From NCBI GenBank assembly GCA_028280735.1, contig JANQLH010000170.1, forward strand, positions 1 through 59,150: a DNA stretch of 59,150 nt, given 5' to 3'. Positions 29,101-38,075 of the stretch are shown in pieces. Source of the DNA: SAR324 cluster bacterium. GTDB lineage: Bacteria; SAR324; XYD2-FULL-50-16. A program made the position numbers and the translations under genes. Positions within the stretch are counted from its first letter, which is position 1. Each line of letters starts with the position of its first letter. The notes beneath the pieces are model-generated. The model searched no databases. It had not been told where the DNA came from and worked only from the letters and a program-made list of their open reading frames with translations.

Positions 29101-32100
29101 TTCCTGCGCGATTTATCTTCTTAAAGACCTTCCCTTTAACCTTAAGCAGGAAGGTAAATCGTAAATATCTTGCCACTGCTCCTTTTAATGAAATCATTGA
29201 GAAATTCGGCACCAAGGATGTTATACCCGCAGCGACCGCATACCAGGTTGAAATATCAAAACCATCGCAACGATTGGTGGCAACCATTGAGTCGCAGATT
29301 AAAAGGATCATCTCTGCTATTCTTGACATACCGGCTTCCCAGATCGATGAGGATCAATACCTGGGAGAATACGGATTTGATTCCATCCGCTTTACGGATT
29401 TTAGTAATCAGCTGAGCCAAAAATACCTTATAGACATCGATCCCACAGTCTTTTTCGAGGCTACTTCCGTAGAGGCCATCTCCAAGCTCCTGGTTAACGA
29501 CTATTATGAAGCAGTGGCAAAGATTCATGCTGATAGCTTAAATACGCAGGATAAAACCAAACAGGATCCGGCTCCGCCTTCGACGATTGGTAAAACATGT
29601 GAAGTCATTAAAAACCATGAGATTAAAGTACCGACAACAGTTTTTCAACCAACACAACCTATTCCTATTGCAGTAATTGGGGCAGCCGGGCGCTTTCCCC
29701 AATCTGATTCCATCGATGAACTATGGGATCACCTGGAAGCGCAAACGGATTTAATAACCAAAATACCCGTCTCAAGGTGGGATTGGGAGTCTTATTTTGG
29801 CGATGCGCACACAGAGGTGAACAAAACCAGCGCGATTTGGGGCGGATTTATCAACGAGATTGACCAATTTGACCCGCTTTTTTTTGGTATTTCTCCCCGT
29901 GAGGCCGAATTGATGGACCCCCAGCATCGCTTGTTTCTTGAAGTTGTCTGGCATGCTATTGAAAACGCCGGTTATGATCCGAGATCGCTGGCAGGGTCAA
30001 AGACTGGTGTCTTGGTAGGAATCGGAAGCTTCGATTACTGGCAAATGCAGTTTCAGCTGGGAAAACCCGTGGACAACCACACCCTGTCCGGAATATCCCA
30101 CGCGGTGGCCGCAAACAGGGTTTCTTACCTTCTGGATTTAAAAGGACCAAGTTCAGCTATTGATACCGCCTGTTCCAGCTCACTGGTAGCAATTCATCGG
30201 GCTATCAAAATGATCAAAGACGGACAGTGTGATCTGGCTATTGCCGGCGGAGTCAATTTAATCATGCATCCTTACCTGACCCTGGCTTCGGATAAGGGGG
30301 GCATGATGAGCCCTGTGGGACGTTGTAAAACCTTTGATGCTTCAGCAGATGGTTATGTCCGAAGTGAAGGCGTTGGTGCAGTTTTGTTAAAGCCTTTGTC
30401 AAATGCGGAAAGGGATGGAGACTATGTTTACGCTGTGATTAAAGGATCGGCCGAAAATCACGGCGGAAAAACCAACTCACTTACAGCGCCCAATCCAACA
30501 ACCCAGGCGGATTTGCTTCTACAGGCTTATCAAGATGCCGATATCAGCCCCGCTACTGTATCGTACATTGAAACCCATGGAACCGGGACAGCTTTGGGAG
30601 ATCCTATCGAAATTAACGGACTAAAGCTGGCATTTAAGCAATACTTCCAGGGACACAATCTTGATGTGCCCAAAAAGGGCTTTTGCAGCCTGGGATCAAT
30701 AAAATCAAATGTTGGACATCTTGAAGCTGCCGCTGGAATCGCAGGCTTTATCAAATTACTGATGTCGCTGAAAAATAAGACTCTCCCTGGTGTTTTACAC
30801 TTCAAGAAAGAAAATCCTTATTTAAAACTAGACCAGTCTCCCTTTTATGTGCAGCGGAAAACATCTCATTGGCATCGATTAAGAAATGAATCCGACGCAG
30901 CCATCCCCAGGCGTTGTGGAATTAGCTCTTTTGGTTTTGGAGGATCATATGCCCACATCGTTTTGGAAGAATATGAAACCAAAACCGGAGCCAACCAGCT
31001 CTCTCCTTTAGATACCGAAGAACAGATAATACCGCTGTCTGCCAGGAGTAAGGCAGAGTTAAAACAGTATGCGGAAAGGCTGTTGGATTTTCTGAAAAAA
31101 CAGGGAAATCAACAAGATGAAAACTCGCAAACCTCTGTATCTTGTTTGGCAGACATTGCTTTCACTTTGCAAAACAGTCGGACATCCCTACCGGATCGTT
31201 TGGCTTTGGTGGTGACCAGTATTCCGGAACTGGTCAACAAATTAGTCGATTATACAAGGTCCAAAGAGGATTCAACTGCTGTTTTTAATAATCGGGTAGA
31301 AAAAGGGACACAGCTTGAAGATATTACGGCAGGTAAAGCCGGTGAGGTTTTTTTAAACGCTTTGCTCCAAGAACGGGATTTATCAAAATTGGCACGATTC
31401 TGGACCATGGGTTTAAAGATTGATTGGCAAAAACTGCATCCGGATAAAAACCGAAAACGAGTCCCGCTACCGGGATACCCTTTTAATCGCAAAAGATATT
31501 GGATTGAGGAAGAAGATTCGCAACATCCCGCAGCTGCTCAAAATCCCGCAGAACCGCAGCAGGAAAAAACGAATCATCAGACCTTATGTATCGTTCCCAC
31601 ATGGCGTAAAAAAGAGCTGACCTATTCAAATTCCTGGTGTCAGAACCTGCAAACAATCCTGGTAATTGTAGATGACGAAAACCACCGCAAATTGCTGGAA
31701 AGCACTTTTAAAAAAATGCCTGGTGATATTCCCAACATCATTTTGATCCAGTGGGCCAGTGGTTTTAATCGCGAAAAGCCGGACGTCTTTTGCATCAATA
31801 ACAAAAATGAGAACGAATTTGCCGAGCTGCTGGCCATTTTACAAAAAGAAAATCTGCTTCCGGATGCAATTGTTCAGTTTGCTTCATCCAAGCAAACAAC
31901 CAATAGCAAGGTCTTTGAAAAATCGATAGCAGATGGCATTGACTCCATCTTCAGACTGACCAGGACGTTATTTAATAAAAAGATTCGAAATCTTAAATAT
32001 CTATTTGTTTATAGTTCGGCAAATAATGAGCCTGTAGACCATCATGTAGCAGTCAACGGCTTTTTTAGGACCTTGCGCAAAGAAAACCGGAACTATGTTT

Positions 32101-35100
32101 TCAAAACCGTTGAAATTGACAACCGAGTTCGCACATTGGCTGTTGATTCATTACTGAAGGTGCTTGATGAACTGGATGATCAATCAGATCATGACGTTGA
32201 AGTAAGATTACTCGATAAAAGCAGAGCAACCAGAACGCTTGAAGAAATCAGCGCAGACACTATTGAATCCATGATACTGGATCAGGATCTCAGTAGTTTC
32301 AAAATGAATGGCAATTACCTGGTCACCGGAGGAGTCGGCGGTCTTGGGTTAAAACTGGCACGCCATCTGGCACTCAACTACCAGGCAAACCTCATTCTGA
32401 CAGGAAGGACCCAAGTCAATGATGAGATTTCGAGAATCCTGGAGGAGTTCAGCTCAAATGGCAGCGAAGTTCACTATATTAATGCTGACATAGCCATAGC
32501 TTCAGAAACAGAAAGCTTAATTGCCAGAGCGAGAGAAACGCTGGGACAGCTCGACGGCATTTTGCATTGTGCCGGAATTGTTAATGATTCTCTGTTCTTT
32601 CAAAAAAGTGAAAGCGATTTTAAGCAGGTAATCTTACCCAAGGTTTTTGGAACGCGACATCTCGATCATTTTACCCGGGAAGAAAAACTGGACTGCTTTA
32701 TCATGTTTTCATCCCTGTCTGCGCTTTCAGGGAATCAAGGCCAATGTGATTACGCCTATGCCAACGCATTTATGGATTCGTTTGCCATCAGCCGTGATCA
32801 CCTGACAAAAACCGGCGCAAGGTTTGGTAAGTCACTCTCCATCAGCTGGCCCTTATGGCGTGAAGGCGGAATGAAGGTTGATCTCAAAACCGCTGAAACA
32901 ATAAAAAACCTCAAAGGGATTGTCCCTATCGACACCGAATTGGGTATAAAGGCACTGGAATGGGGGTTAAATCAAGACAGACCACATTTTGCAATTATGC
33001 ACGGTATTCCAGACAAACTGCCGAAACTGTTTGAATTCGATTACAAAACAGACAGAGTTGGAGCATCAACAGCCAAACCCATCGAATCTGCGTTTTGGCC
33101 CGTTAAAGAAGCAACGATTCAAAAACAAACCACAGAGGATCTTTTAATAATAGCTTCCGAGATTCTGCGACTTCCGCAAAGCGAGATCAGTTCTACAGAA
33201 AATCTAAGTTCTTATGGTCTTGATTCATTGGGTTTAGTCGAATTTACCAATCGCATTAAACAGTCATACCAAATCGAGGTGTCGCCCGCATTGTTTTATG
33301 AGTATCAATCGATTGATGCCATCAGCACGTATCTCTTGCAAACGTTCGGCAAGAGCTCAGGCATGTTTCACAAAGGCAAACAGCCCAAAGAGACAAAACC
33401 TGGAACTCCACAGAGAACGCCTTTCAATAGGCTAACAACCAATAAGGTCTCACAAGAAAACGATATCGCCATTATCGGTTTAAGTTGCAAAATGCCCCAA
33501 GTAGATGATCCCTCTTCTTTTTGGGAGGCACTGGTCGCGGGAGAAGACTTGATCAGCCAATTGCCGGCTGATCGCATGGAATTAAGACAGCACTACCATA
33601 CCAGGAAAAATCCGATCTATCCCTGGGGTGGGTTCATAAACGATGTAGACGCCTTTGACGCCGCGTTTTTTGGTATTGCTCCTCATGAAGCAAGTTTAAT
33701 GGATCCACAGCAGCGTATCTTTTTGGAAGTCACCTGGAAAGCCATTGAAGATGCCGGGTATAAAGCGTCTGATCTATCCGGAAGCAATACCGGAGTTTTT
33801 GTCGGGGTTGCTACCGCAGACTATCGTGATTTGATCAAGGATTCAGGGGCTGATATTGAAGAACACTCCGCCAGTGGGATCTCCCACTCTGTTTTAGCCA
33901 ACCGGGTCTCCTATTTTTTAAATCTCAAGGGGCCAAGTGAACCGATTGATGCGGCATGTTCAAGTGCTTTGGTTGCTGTTCATCGAGGTATCAATGCAAT
34001 TCGTAACGGAAACTGTGACCTTGTGTTGGCAGGTGGTGTCAACGTTATTTTAACCCAAATAGGTAATCTATACTTCAAAAAAGCCGGCGTATTAAGTCCC
34101 GGCGGCCGATGCAGACCTTTTGATGCAAACGCGGATGGATATGTTCGTGGTGAAGGCTGTGGTGTCGTCGTTTTAAAAGGCTTGAAGCAGGCGATTAGGG
34201 ATAACGATTACATTTATGCAGTTGTTAAAAGCAGTTCGCAAAACCATAACGGTTCCTCCAACACATTAACGGCTCCCAATGTTAATGCCCAGGCTGAAGC
34301 AATAGTCAGTGCTTATGGCTCTGCAAACGTTGACTTTGCAACGGTCAGTTATATTGAAGCACACGGTACCGGAACCAAACTGGGTGATTCGGTCGAGATG
34401 CAGGCGTTGATGAAAGCCTGCAAAAAGGTGGAAAAAGAGGGCGACAATCCTGGCAATCAACTTAAAAAATGTGCCATCGGTTCGGTAAAATCCAACATAG
34501 GTCATTTGGAAACTGCTGCCGGGGCCGCGGGATTGATCAAACTCTGTCTTGCTTTCAAACATAAAATTCTTCCCCCAAGTATAAACTACAACCATTTAAA
34601 TCCATTTATTCCTGACAAGAATAACCCATTTTATGTGCTGGATAAGAAAACGGAATGGCACCAAGACCTAAATGAAAAGAATCAGCCGATTCCGAGGAGA
34701 GCAGGATTAAGCTCGTTCGGGTTTGGAGGTACCAATGCACATCTGGTATTGGAAGAGTTTACGGAAATGAATGAAACGTCCGGGCCGGCTGATTCCATTG
34801 ATCAACTGTTCGTTTTTTCAGCCAAAAACCGAAAAAGCCTGGAAGCAGGTGTTAGCTTGTTTATTAAGTTCCTGAAAAAAATAGAAGCGGATAGTCCGGG
34901 AAAAAGAGGTCCTTTTAATCTGAGAAACATCGCTTATACTTTGCAAAAGGGAAGGGAGGAGATGGAACAGCGGCTCGCCGTGGTAGCGAAAGCTGTTCCT
35001 GAACTAATCGATAAATTAAATGCAGTAACCCGAAAAACACCGATTAACAGTACTGTATTTCAGGGAAAAGTATCTCGCTCCGGAAGACAAGACACACTAG

Positions 35101-36254
35101 TGACAGACAATGATCTGGCTTTATGGCACCAGCAAAGAGAACTCCTTAAACTGGGTCAGGTTTGGATCAATGGAGCAGGTATCAACTGGGACAGGCTTTA
35201 TGATAACCCGATCCCAAAGAGAATTCCCTTGCCAACCTACCAATTTCAAAAAACCAGGTTTTGGATACAACAATCAACCAGACCGGGCAATGATCGATTC
35301 TCATTGCTTCATCCCATGGTACATGCCAACAACTCGACCTTAGACGAAGTTCGGTTTTCCAGTCGATTTTCAGGTGATGAACCCTTTATCAAAGATCATG
35401 TTATTGGCAAGGATGTTATTATCCCTGGGGTGCTGAGTTTGGAAATGGCCAGGGCTGCATGTCAATTCGCCGGGAAACATCACATCAAAAAGTTGAGAAA
35501 GCTTGCCTGGTTGAATCCCGTTCGCTTGAATGGCCGGGGCACAGCAATGAAAATTCGCTTACAACAGTCCAATGGAGCCATAAAGTATCAGATTTTCGCA
35601 CAACTGGAACTAGAGAAGGAAGTACTGCATGCCAAAGGTGAAATCATTGCAGAGCCGATATCGAGCGCCGGCGCTTTCAATCACGTAGCGGTGGATCTTG
35701 AAACACACAAAAAAGCCTGTTCCCAAACGCTGAAACGAGATGAATGCTACCAATTGTTTTCAAAAAAAGGATTTAACTATGGTCCGGGCTTCCGGCCGAT
35801 TGAAGAACTATATTGCAGTGACGACTATGCTTTAGCAAAGATCCATTTAAGTGACACTTACAGAAATCTTGATAATGTATTGCTCAATCCTTTTATTCTG
35901 GATGCTGCCCTTCAATCAGTGGGCGGAATAACCGGTCATCAGCAAGTCAGCCGTGGTCCTTTGTTACCGTTTTCCATTGACGAGATTGAGCTGTTTAACC
36001 AAAAAGAGCTACCGGAAAAATGTTACGCGCATAGCAGGTTGAATGTGGATCACAGAACAAAGGTTGATTCACAACTAAAAAAATACAATATCGATCTGAT
36101 GGATGAAGAAGGAACTCTCTTATTAAGACTGAAAAGCTATTCTGCAAAAGCAAATCAGTTTGGAGAGACCGAAAAATTTATAGATATCCTCCAGAAACTG
36201 TATATCGGGAAGTTAACACCCGAGGCAGCCATGCATTTGGTTGATTACCATTAA
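26178..36254 (+). CDS. Hybrid NRPS / trans-AT PKS 2: C, A, PCP, KS, KR, ACP, KS, DH
   Basis: The ORF is 3358 aa and ATG-initiated. The anchor codons HHIVIDG 26703-26723, KS Cys 30171 and 33957, and DH His 35397 are all in frame. It ends after a DH plus a short helical tail, with no carrier domain in the last module. Confidence 0.95.
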   Translation: MELQNEKELFERVASHELSASEAMVLIKKDFQSRPVTKNQPDKLDPEMFALTDGQLGLWSHQKLIPQSTAYNIPLVFNCLVEIDTRLLKKTWASLCDRHKCLKAVFFEKDGTVYQSLNQQVDLIFKEIELTDTDRDVVNTVESLIQQSFKLQNELPAKLYCLKCIDKPPILVFLFHHIVIDGISLGIIIKDFQHFYLYHAGQQSNAPAEQTTIYDNFQSWQKNWLASTEGQQAKKTLLKKLTTDIQPLDIYTGKKKQINPTFNGEFYLVDLNKALSDDLHSFARENDISVFSIMLSVFILLLYRYSHQQELIVATPFAARPRAEFENQVGFFTNLSLIKGLLEDQMSFKELMVNIKEEVIDLFGYGHYPFTLVQQDISLKKRVNRLHQQFHAAFYFQSPIETEACDSKTILLARDLRFNQTGESDLVLDVVPAGDHSKLYFKYNPDKYAKDVVVQLSTSYLYLLQQVVKKSDQEIAKYSLLPPPLETKTKGQCLGAIQEFDDSLTLFNRFRRQVEIHPKKTAVCFEDQELSYQTLMQLVEACVGFFDKQGIKRGTRVGILMSHGLELLIGLLGFYKIGATYVPLDPTYPAKRLSYILNDTATKLLVTEPGIDVSSLSFEGTTIIQDSKKLLNARIANGRKISALTCQGPKKEDIAYIIYTSGSTGNPKGVRTTQKGLLNFLLGFESALDFSDRDKTLSLTSICFDPSILELFLPLITGGSTEILPASILKNGNALKEKIENSGATVIQATPATYKMLFSAGWEKKIHAKILCGGESLTPELADALQKRGTELWNVYGPTEGTVWSALGKIETDDQITVGRPICNMQYYVLDKNRNPVPNGVSGELYIGGIGLADGYENLAEKTRDTFLTNPFHPELSANIYKSGDVVRLLPNGNIQYIDRIDNQVKLRGYRIELNEIEAVIKKNEGYQYATVVVRKDKQGHDHLMAFLNLPENDLSTEHSRIRQSLKKSLPGYMIPARFIFLKTFPLTLSRKVNRKYLATAPFNEIIEKFGTKDVIPAATAYQVEISKPSQRLVATIESQIKRIISAILDIPASQIDEDQYLGEYGFDSIRFTDFSNQLSQKYLIDIDPTVFFEATSVEAISKLLVNDYYEAVAKIHADSLNTQDKTKQDPAPPSTIGKTCEVIKNHEIKVPTTVFQPTQPIPIAVIGAAGRFPQSDSIDELWDHLEAQTDLITKIPVSRWDWESYFGDAHTEVNKTSAIWGGFINEIDQFDPLFFGISPREAELMDPQHRLFLEVVWHAIENAGYDPRSLAGSKTGVLVGIGSFDYWQMQFQLGKPVDNHTLSGISHAVAANRVSYLLDLKGPSSAIDTACSSSLVAIHRAIKMIKDGQCDLAIAGGVNLIMHPYLTLASDKGGMMSPVGRCKTFDASADGYVRSEGVGAVLLKPLSNAERDGDYVYAVIKGSAENHGGKTNSLTAPNPTTQADLLLQAYQDADISPATVSYIETHGTGTALGDPIEINGLKLAFKQYFQGHNLDVPKKGFCSLGSIKSNVGHLEAAAGIAGFIKLLMSLKNKTLPGVLHFKKENPYLKLDQSPFYVQRKTSHWHRLRNESDAAIPRRCGISSFGFGGSYAHIVLEEYETKTGANQLSPLDTEEQIIPLSARSKAELKQYAERLLDFLKKQGNQQDENSQTSVSCLADIAFTLQNSRTSLPDRLALVVTSIPELVNKLVDYTRSKEDSTAVFNNRVEKGTQLEDITAGKAGEVFLNALLQERDLSKLARFWTMGLKIDWQKLHPDKNRKRVPLPGYPFNRKRYWIEEEDSQHPAAAQNPAEPQQEKTNHQTLCIVPTWRKKELTYSNSWCQNLQTILVIVDDENHRKLLESTFKKMPGDIPNIILIQWASGFNREKPDVFCINNKNENEFAELLAILQKENLLPDAIVQFASSKQTTNSKVFEKSIADGIDSIFRLTRTLFNKKIRNLKYLFVYSSANNEPVDHHVAVNGFFRTLRKENRNYVFKTVEIDNRVRTLAVDSLLKVLDELDDQSDHDVEVRLLDKSRATRTLEEISADTIESMILDQDLSSFKMNGNYLVTGGVGGLGLKLARHLALNYQANLILTGRTQVNDEISRILEEFSSNGSEVHYINADIAIASETESLIARARETLGQLDGILHCAGIVNDSLFFQKSESDFKQVILPKVFGTRHLDHFTREEKLDCFIMFSSLSALSGNQGQCDYAYANAFMDSFAISRDHLTKTGARFGKSLSISWPLWREGGMKVDLKTAETIKNLKGIVPIDTELGIKALEWGLNQDRPHFAIMHGIPDKLPKLFEFDYKTDRVGASTAKPIESAFWPVKEATIQKQTTEDLLIIASEILRLPQSEISSTENLSSYGLDSLGLVEFTNRIKQSYQIEVSPALFYEYQSIDAISTYLLQTFGKSSGMFHKGKQPKETKPGTPQRTPFNRLTTNKVSQENDIAIIGLSCKMPQVDDPSSFWEALVAGEDLISQLPADRMELRQHYHTRKNPIYPWGGFINDVDAFDAAFFGIAPHEASLMDPQQRIFLEVTWKAIEDAGYKASDLSGSNTGVFVGVATADYRDLIKDSGADIEEHSASGISHSVLANRVSYFLNLKGPSEPIDAACSSALVAVHRGINAIRNGNCDLVLAGGVNVILTQIGNLYFKKAGVLSPGGRCRPFDANADGYVRGEGCGVVVLKGLKQAIRDNDYIYAVVKSSSQNHNGSSNTLTAPNVNAQAEAIVSAYGSANVDFATVSYIEAHGTGTKLGDSVEMQALMKACKKVEKEGDNPGNQLKKCAIGSVKSNIGHLETAAGAAGLIKLCLAFKHKILPPSINYNHLNPFIPDKNNPFYVLDKKTEWHQDLNEKNQPIPRRAGLSSFGFGGTNAHLVLEEFTEMNETSGPADSIDQLFVFSAKNRKSLEAGVSLFIKFLKKIEADSPGKRGPFNLRNIAYTLQKGREEMEQRLAVVAKAVPELIDKLNAVTRKTPINSTVFQGKVSRSGRQDTLVTDNDLALWHQQRELLKLGQVWINGAGINWDRLYDNPIPKRIPLPTYQFQKTRFWIQQSTRPGNDRFSLLHPMVHANNSTLDEVRFSSRFSGDEPFIKDHVIGKDVIIPGVLSLEMARAACQFAGKHHIKKLRKLAWLNPVRLNGRGTAMKIRLQQSNGAIKYQIFAQLELEKEVLHAKGEIIAEPISSAGAFNHVAVDLETHKKACSQTLKRDECYQLFSKKGFNYGPGFRPIEELYCSDDYALAKIHLSDTYRNLDNVLLNPFILDAALQSVGGITGHQQVSRGPLLPFSIDEIELFNQKELPEKCYAHSRLNVDHRTKVDSQLKKYNIDLMDEEGTLLLRLKSYSAKANQFGETEKFIDILQKLYIGKLTPEAAMHLVDYH
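26325..29500 (+). other. NRPS module 4: condensation, adenylation (glycine-like code), PCP
   Basis: - C: HHIVIDG (26703-26723)
- A: LSYQTL, YIIYTSGSTGNPKG (~28152-28185), FDPS (Asp codon 28290-28292), NVYGPTE, GELYIGGIGLADGY, YKSGD, RIDNQVKLRGYRIELNEIE, LPGYMIP, SRKVNRK
- PCP: YGFDSIRF (Ser codon 29382-29384). Confidence 0.85.
29661..33340 (+). other. PKS module 5: KS, KR, ACP (boundaries approximate)
   Basis: - KS: DTACSSS (Cys codon 30171-30173), ETHGTGTALGDPIE, KSNVGHLE, LPGYPFNRKRYWIE
- KR: TGGVGGLG (~32320-32345), GQCDYAYAN
- ACP: YGLDSLGL (Ser codon 33225-33227). Confidence 0.8.
33462..36130 (+). other. PKS module 6, first half: KS, DH (no KR, no ACP on this protein)
   Basis: - KS: DAACSSA (Cys codon 33957-33959), EAHGTGTKLGDSVE, KSNIGHLE, LPTYQFQKTRFWIQ
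- DH: KDHVIGKDVIIPG (His codon 35397-35399), NYGPGFRP, ILDAALQS

The protein ends at 36254. Confidence 0.8.
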
Positions 36255-36257
36255 GCA

Positions 36258-36292
36258 CAATAGCTGCAATTCCTCTTAATCAGCAGCTATTG
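36258..36292 (+). repeat. 10-bp stem / 15-nt loop hairpin immediately after the PKS2 stop
   Basis: CAATAGCTGC (36258-36267) pairs with GCAGCTATTG (36283-36292). No T-run follows, so it is not a classical intrinsic terminator. It sits in the 174-nt gap before the decarboxylase gene. Confidence 0.3.
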
Positions 36293-36428
36293 AAACCGAC
36301 TGTTGTGAATACCATCTTTTCTGTCACGTATGTTGCGAATGATTCTGCGAAAAGATCAGATCCGGTTACTGAATCCATATTCCAATATGTGCTTTAACGA
36401 TTTGTAGGACTTAAAAAGATCAAAAACA

Positions 36429-38075
36429 ATGGATACAACACCTTCACTATCGATCACAAATAAAACCACGACCCGGTTTGGTCGTGAAGATTTGATGAGA
36501 ATTTTTACCGGTCCTGAAAATCGAAAGGACCAGGTTGTGATCAAGCAATTAATCTCCTCCCTGGCCAATGGTATGCACGAATCGTTGAACAGGTATCTTG
36601 GGCACAATCTCTTTGGGGACTATGAAGCATGTCAAAAAAAATACACCAACAGCTTTATCAACGAGTTCCCGGAGATGAACGTTGGAAATGCTCTGGAGGA
36701 ATTGATCGCTGACGTCGCACCTCATTCAGTCAATGTTTCATCTCCTTACTACTCCGGCCACATGACCTCGGCCATACCCTATTTCATGGTCATACTAAAG
36801 GCCATTGTGGCGGCCCTTAATCAAAACGTTGTGAAACTGGAAACATCAGGGATCGTCACAGCTATCGAACGTGAGGTGATTGGAAAGATCCATCGCCTTG
36901 TTTTTCAAAACAGTGATCAGTTTTACCAGGAGCATATCCAAAAAAAACGATCCTGCCTGGGATGTTTTACCGAAGATGGAACACTGGCAAACCTCCAGGC
37001 ACTCTGGATTGCCCGCAATGGCTGCTTCCCACCCAGAAACGAGTTTTTCAGTATCGGTAAGCAGGGCCTGATGACCGCACAAAAGGAATATAATCTCTGC
37101 AAAAGTGTGGTGCTGGTATCGCGTCTCAGTCACTATTCGCTTCAGAAGATTGGGGATGTGCTGGGCATAGGGAATGAGAATATCATTCGTATTGATGTGG
37201 ACCGGAAAAACAGAATGGATATTGATCACTTGTGTGAAATCATTGACAGTATCAAAGCCAGTAAAACAACCAATATCCTGGCTATCGTTGCAACCGCCGG
37301 AACCACCGAGTGTGGCACAATTGACCCGCTTCATGCCATTAGTGAAATCTGTAAGAAAGAAAAGATTCATTTTCATGTGGATGCTGCCTGGGGTGGTCCA
37401 ACACTTCTCTCCGATAAATACGCAGGTTTATTGGAAGGCATTCAGTTGGCAGATTCGGTAACCATAGATGGTCACAAACAACTCTATATGCCGATGACGT
37501 GCGGAATGGTCTTCTTCAGACAACCCCTCGTCAGCGATGCGGTCATCTACTATGCCAACTACATTAACCGTCCGGAATCACTGGATTTAGGTGTAAAAAC
37601 GATTTCCGGGTCGAGGGAGGCAAATTCGCTGATCCTAAGCAGTGCCTTGAAAATCCTGGGTAAAAAAGGTTACGGAGCATTAATCGATCACGGAATCGAA
37701 ACAGCTGGACTGCTTGCTGATGAAATCCTGAAAAGAGATTGCTTTCAACTAGTCAGTGCCCCGGTTCTTAACATACTTAACTACCGTTACCTACCTTCCG
37801 AAATTGCCCGTGGGCATGAGCCCGAAACCATGGATTTTGGAGAGGATACCAACAAACTTTTGAACGAGATCAACCTGGTAATTCACCGGGAACAAAGAAA
37901 ACAAGGTCAGAGTTTTGTTTCGCGAACCATTTTAAATCTGGCAAACGACCCCCACAAAGAAATGGTTGTTCTTCGCAGTGTCATCATGAATCCCATGACA
38001 ACCATTGATGTGCTGCGGTTAATACTGGATGAACAGGAACAAATCTACGCTGCTAATTTCGGAGAATACAAATGA
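36429..38075 (+). CDS. Group II PLP-dependent amino-acid decarboxylase (GAD/PanP/Ddc-like)
   Basis: The 548-aa product has SGHMTS, TEDGTLANLQALWIARN, ATAGTTECGTIDP, HFHVDAAWGG and SVTIDGHKQLYMPMTCG (PLP Lys codon 37476-37478). The substrate cannot be read from the sequence. Its TGA stop overlaps the PKS3 ATG (ATGA at 38072-38075). Confidence 0.85.
   Translation: MDTTPSLSITNKTTTRFGREDLMRIFTGPENRKDQVVIKQLISSLANGMHESLNRYLGHNLFGDYEACQKKYTNSFINEFPEMNVGNALEELIADVAPHSVNVSSPYYSGHMTSAIPYFMVILKAIVAALNQNVVKLETSGIVTAIEREVIGKIHRLVFQNSDQFYQEHIQKKRSCLGCFTEDGTLANLQALWIARNGCFPPRNEFFSIGKQGLMTAQKEYNLCKSVVLVSRLSHYSLQKIGDVLGIGNENIIRIDVDRKNRMDIDHLCEIIDSIKASKTTNILAIVATAGTTECGTIDPLHAISEICKKEKIHFHVDAAWGGPTLLSDKYAGLLEGIQLADSVTIDGHKQLYMPMTCGMVFFRQPLVSDAVIYYANYINRPESLDLGVKTISGSREANSLILSSALKILGKKGYGALIDHGIETAGLLADEILKRDCFQLVSAPVLNILNYRYLPSEIARGHEPETMDFGEDTNKLLNEINLVIHREQRKQGQSFVSRTILNLANDPHKEMVVLRSVIMNPMTTIDVLRLILDEQEQIYAANFGEYK

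Noticed and set aside
27650-29170. The idea that the in-window A domain loads the decarboxylase product (beta-alanine or GABA).
   Set aside because: The extracted code retains D235 and is glycine-like (DPLQLGVVWK). The beta-alanine codes I recall lack Asp at position 235. The link is therefore not supported by what is visible.
36846-37376. 176-aa minus-strand ORF antisense to the decarboxylase, together with many similar 60-150-aa ORFs inside the PKS genes (for example 8288-8707, 39548-39922, 48452-48910, 53526-53969 and 54357-54806).
   Set aside because: These are shadow ORFs within strongly supported coding regions on the other strand or frame, and none has an independent motif.
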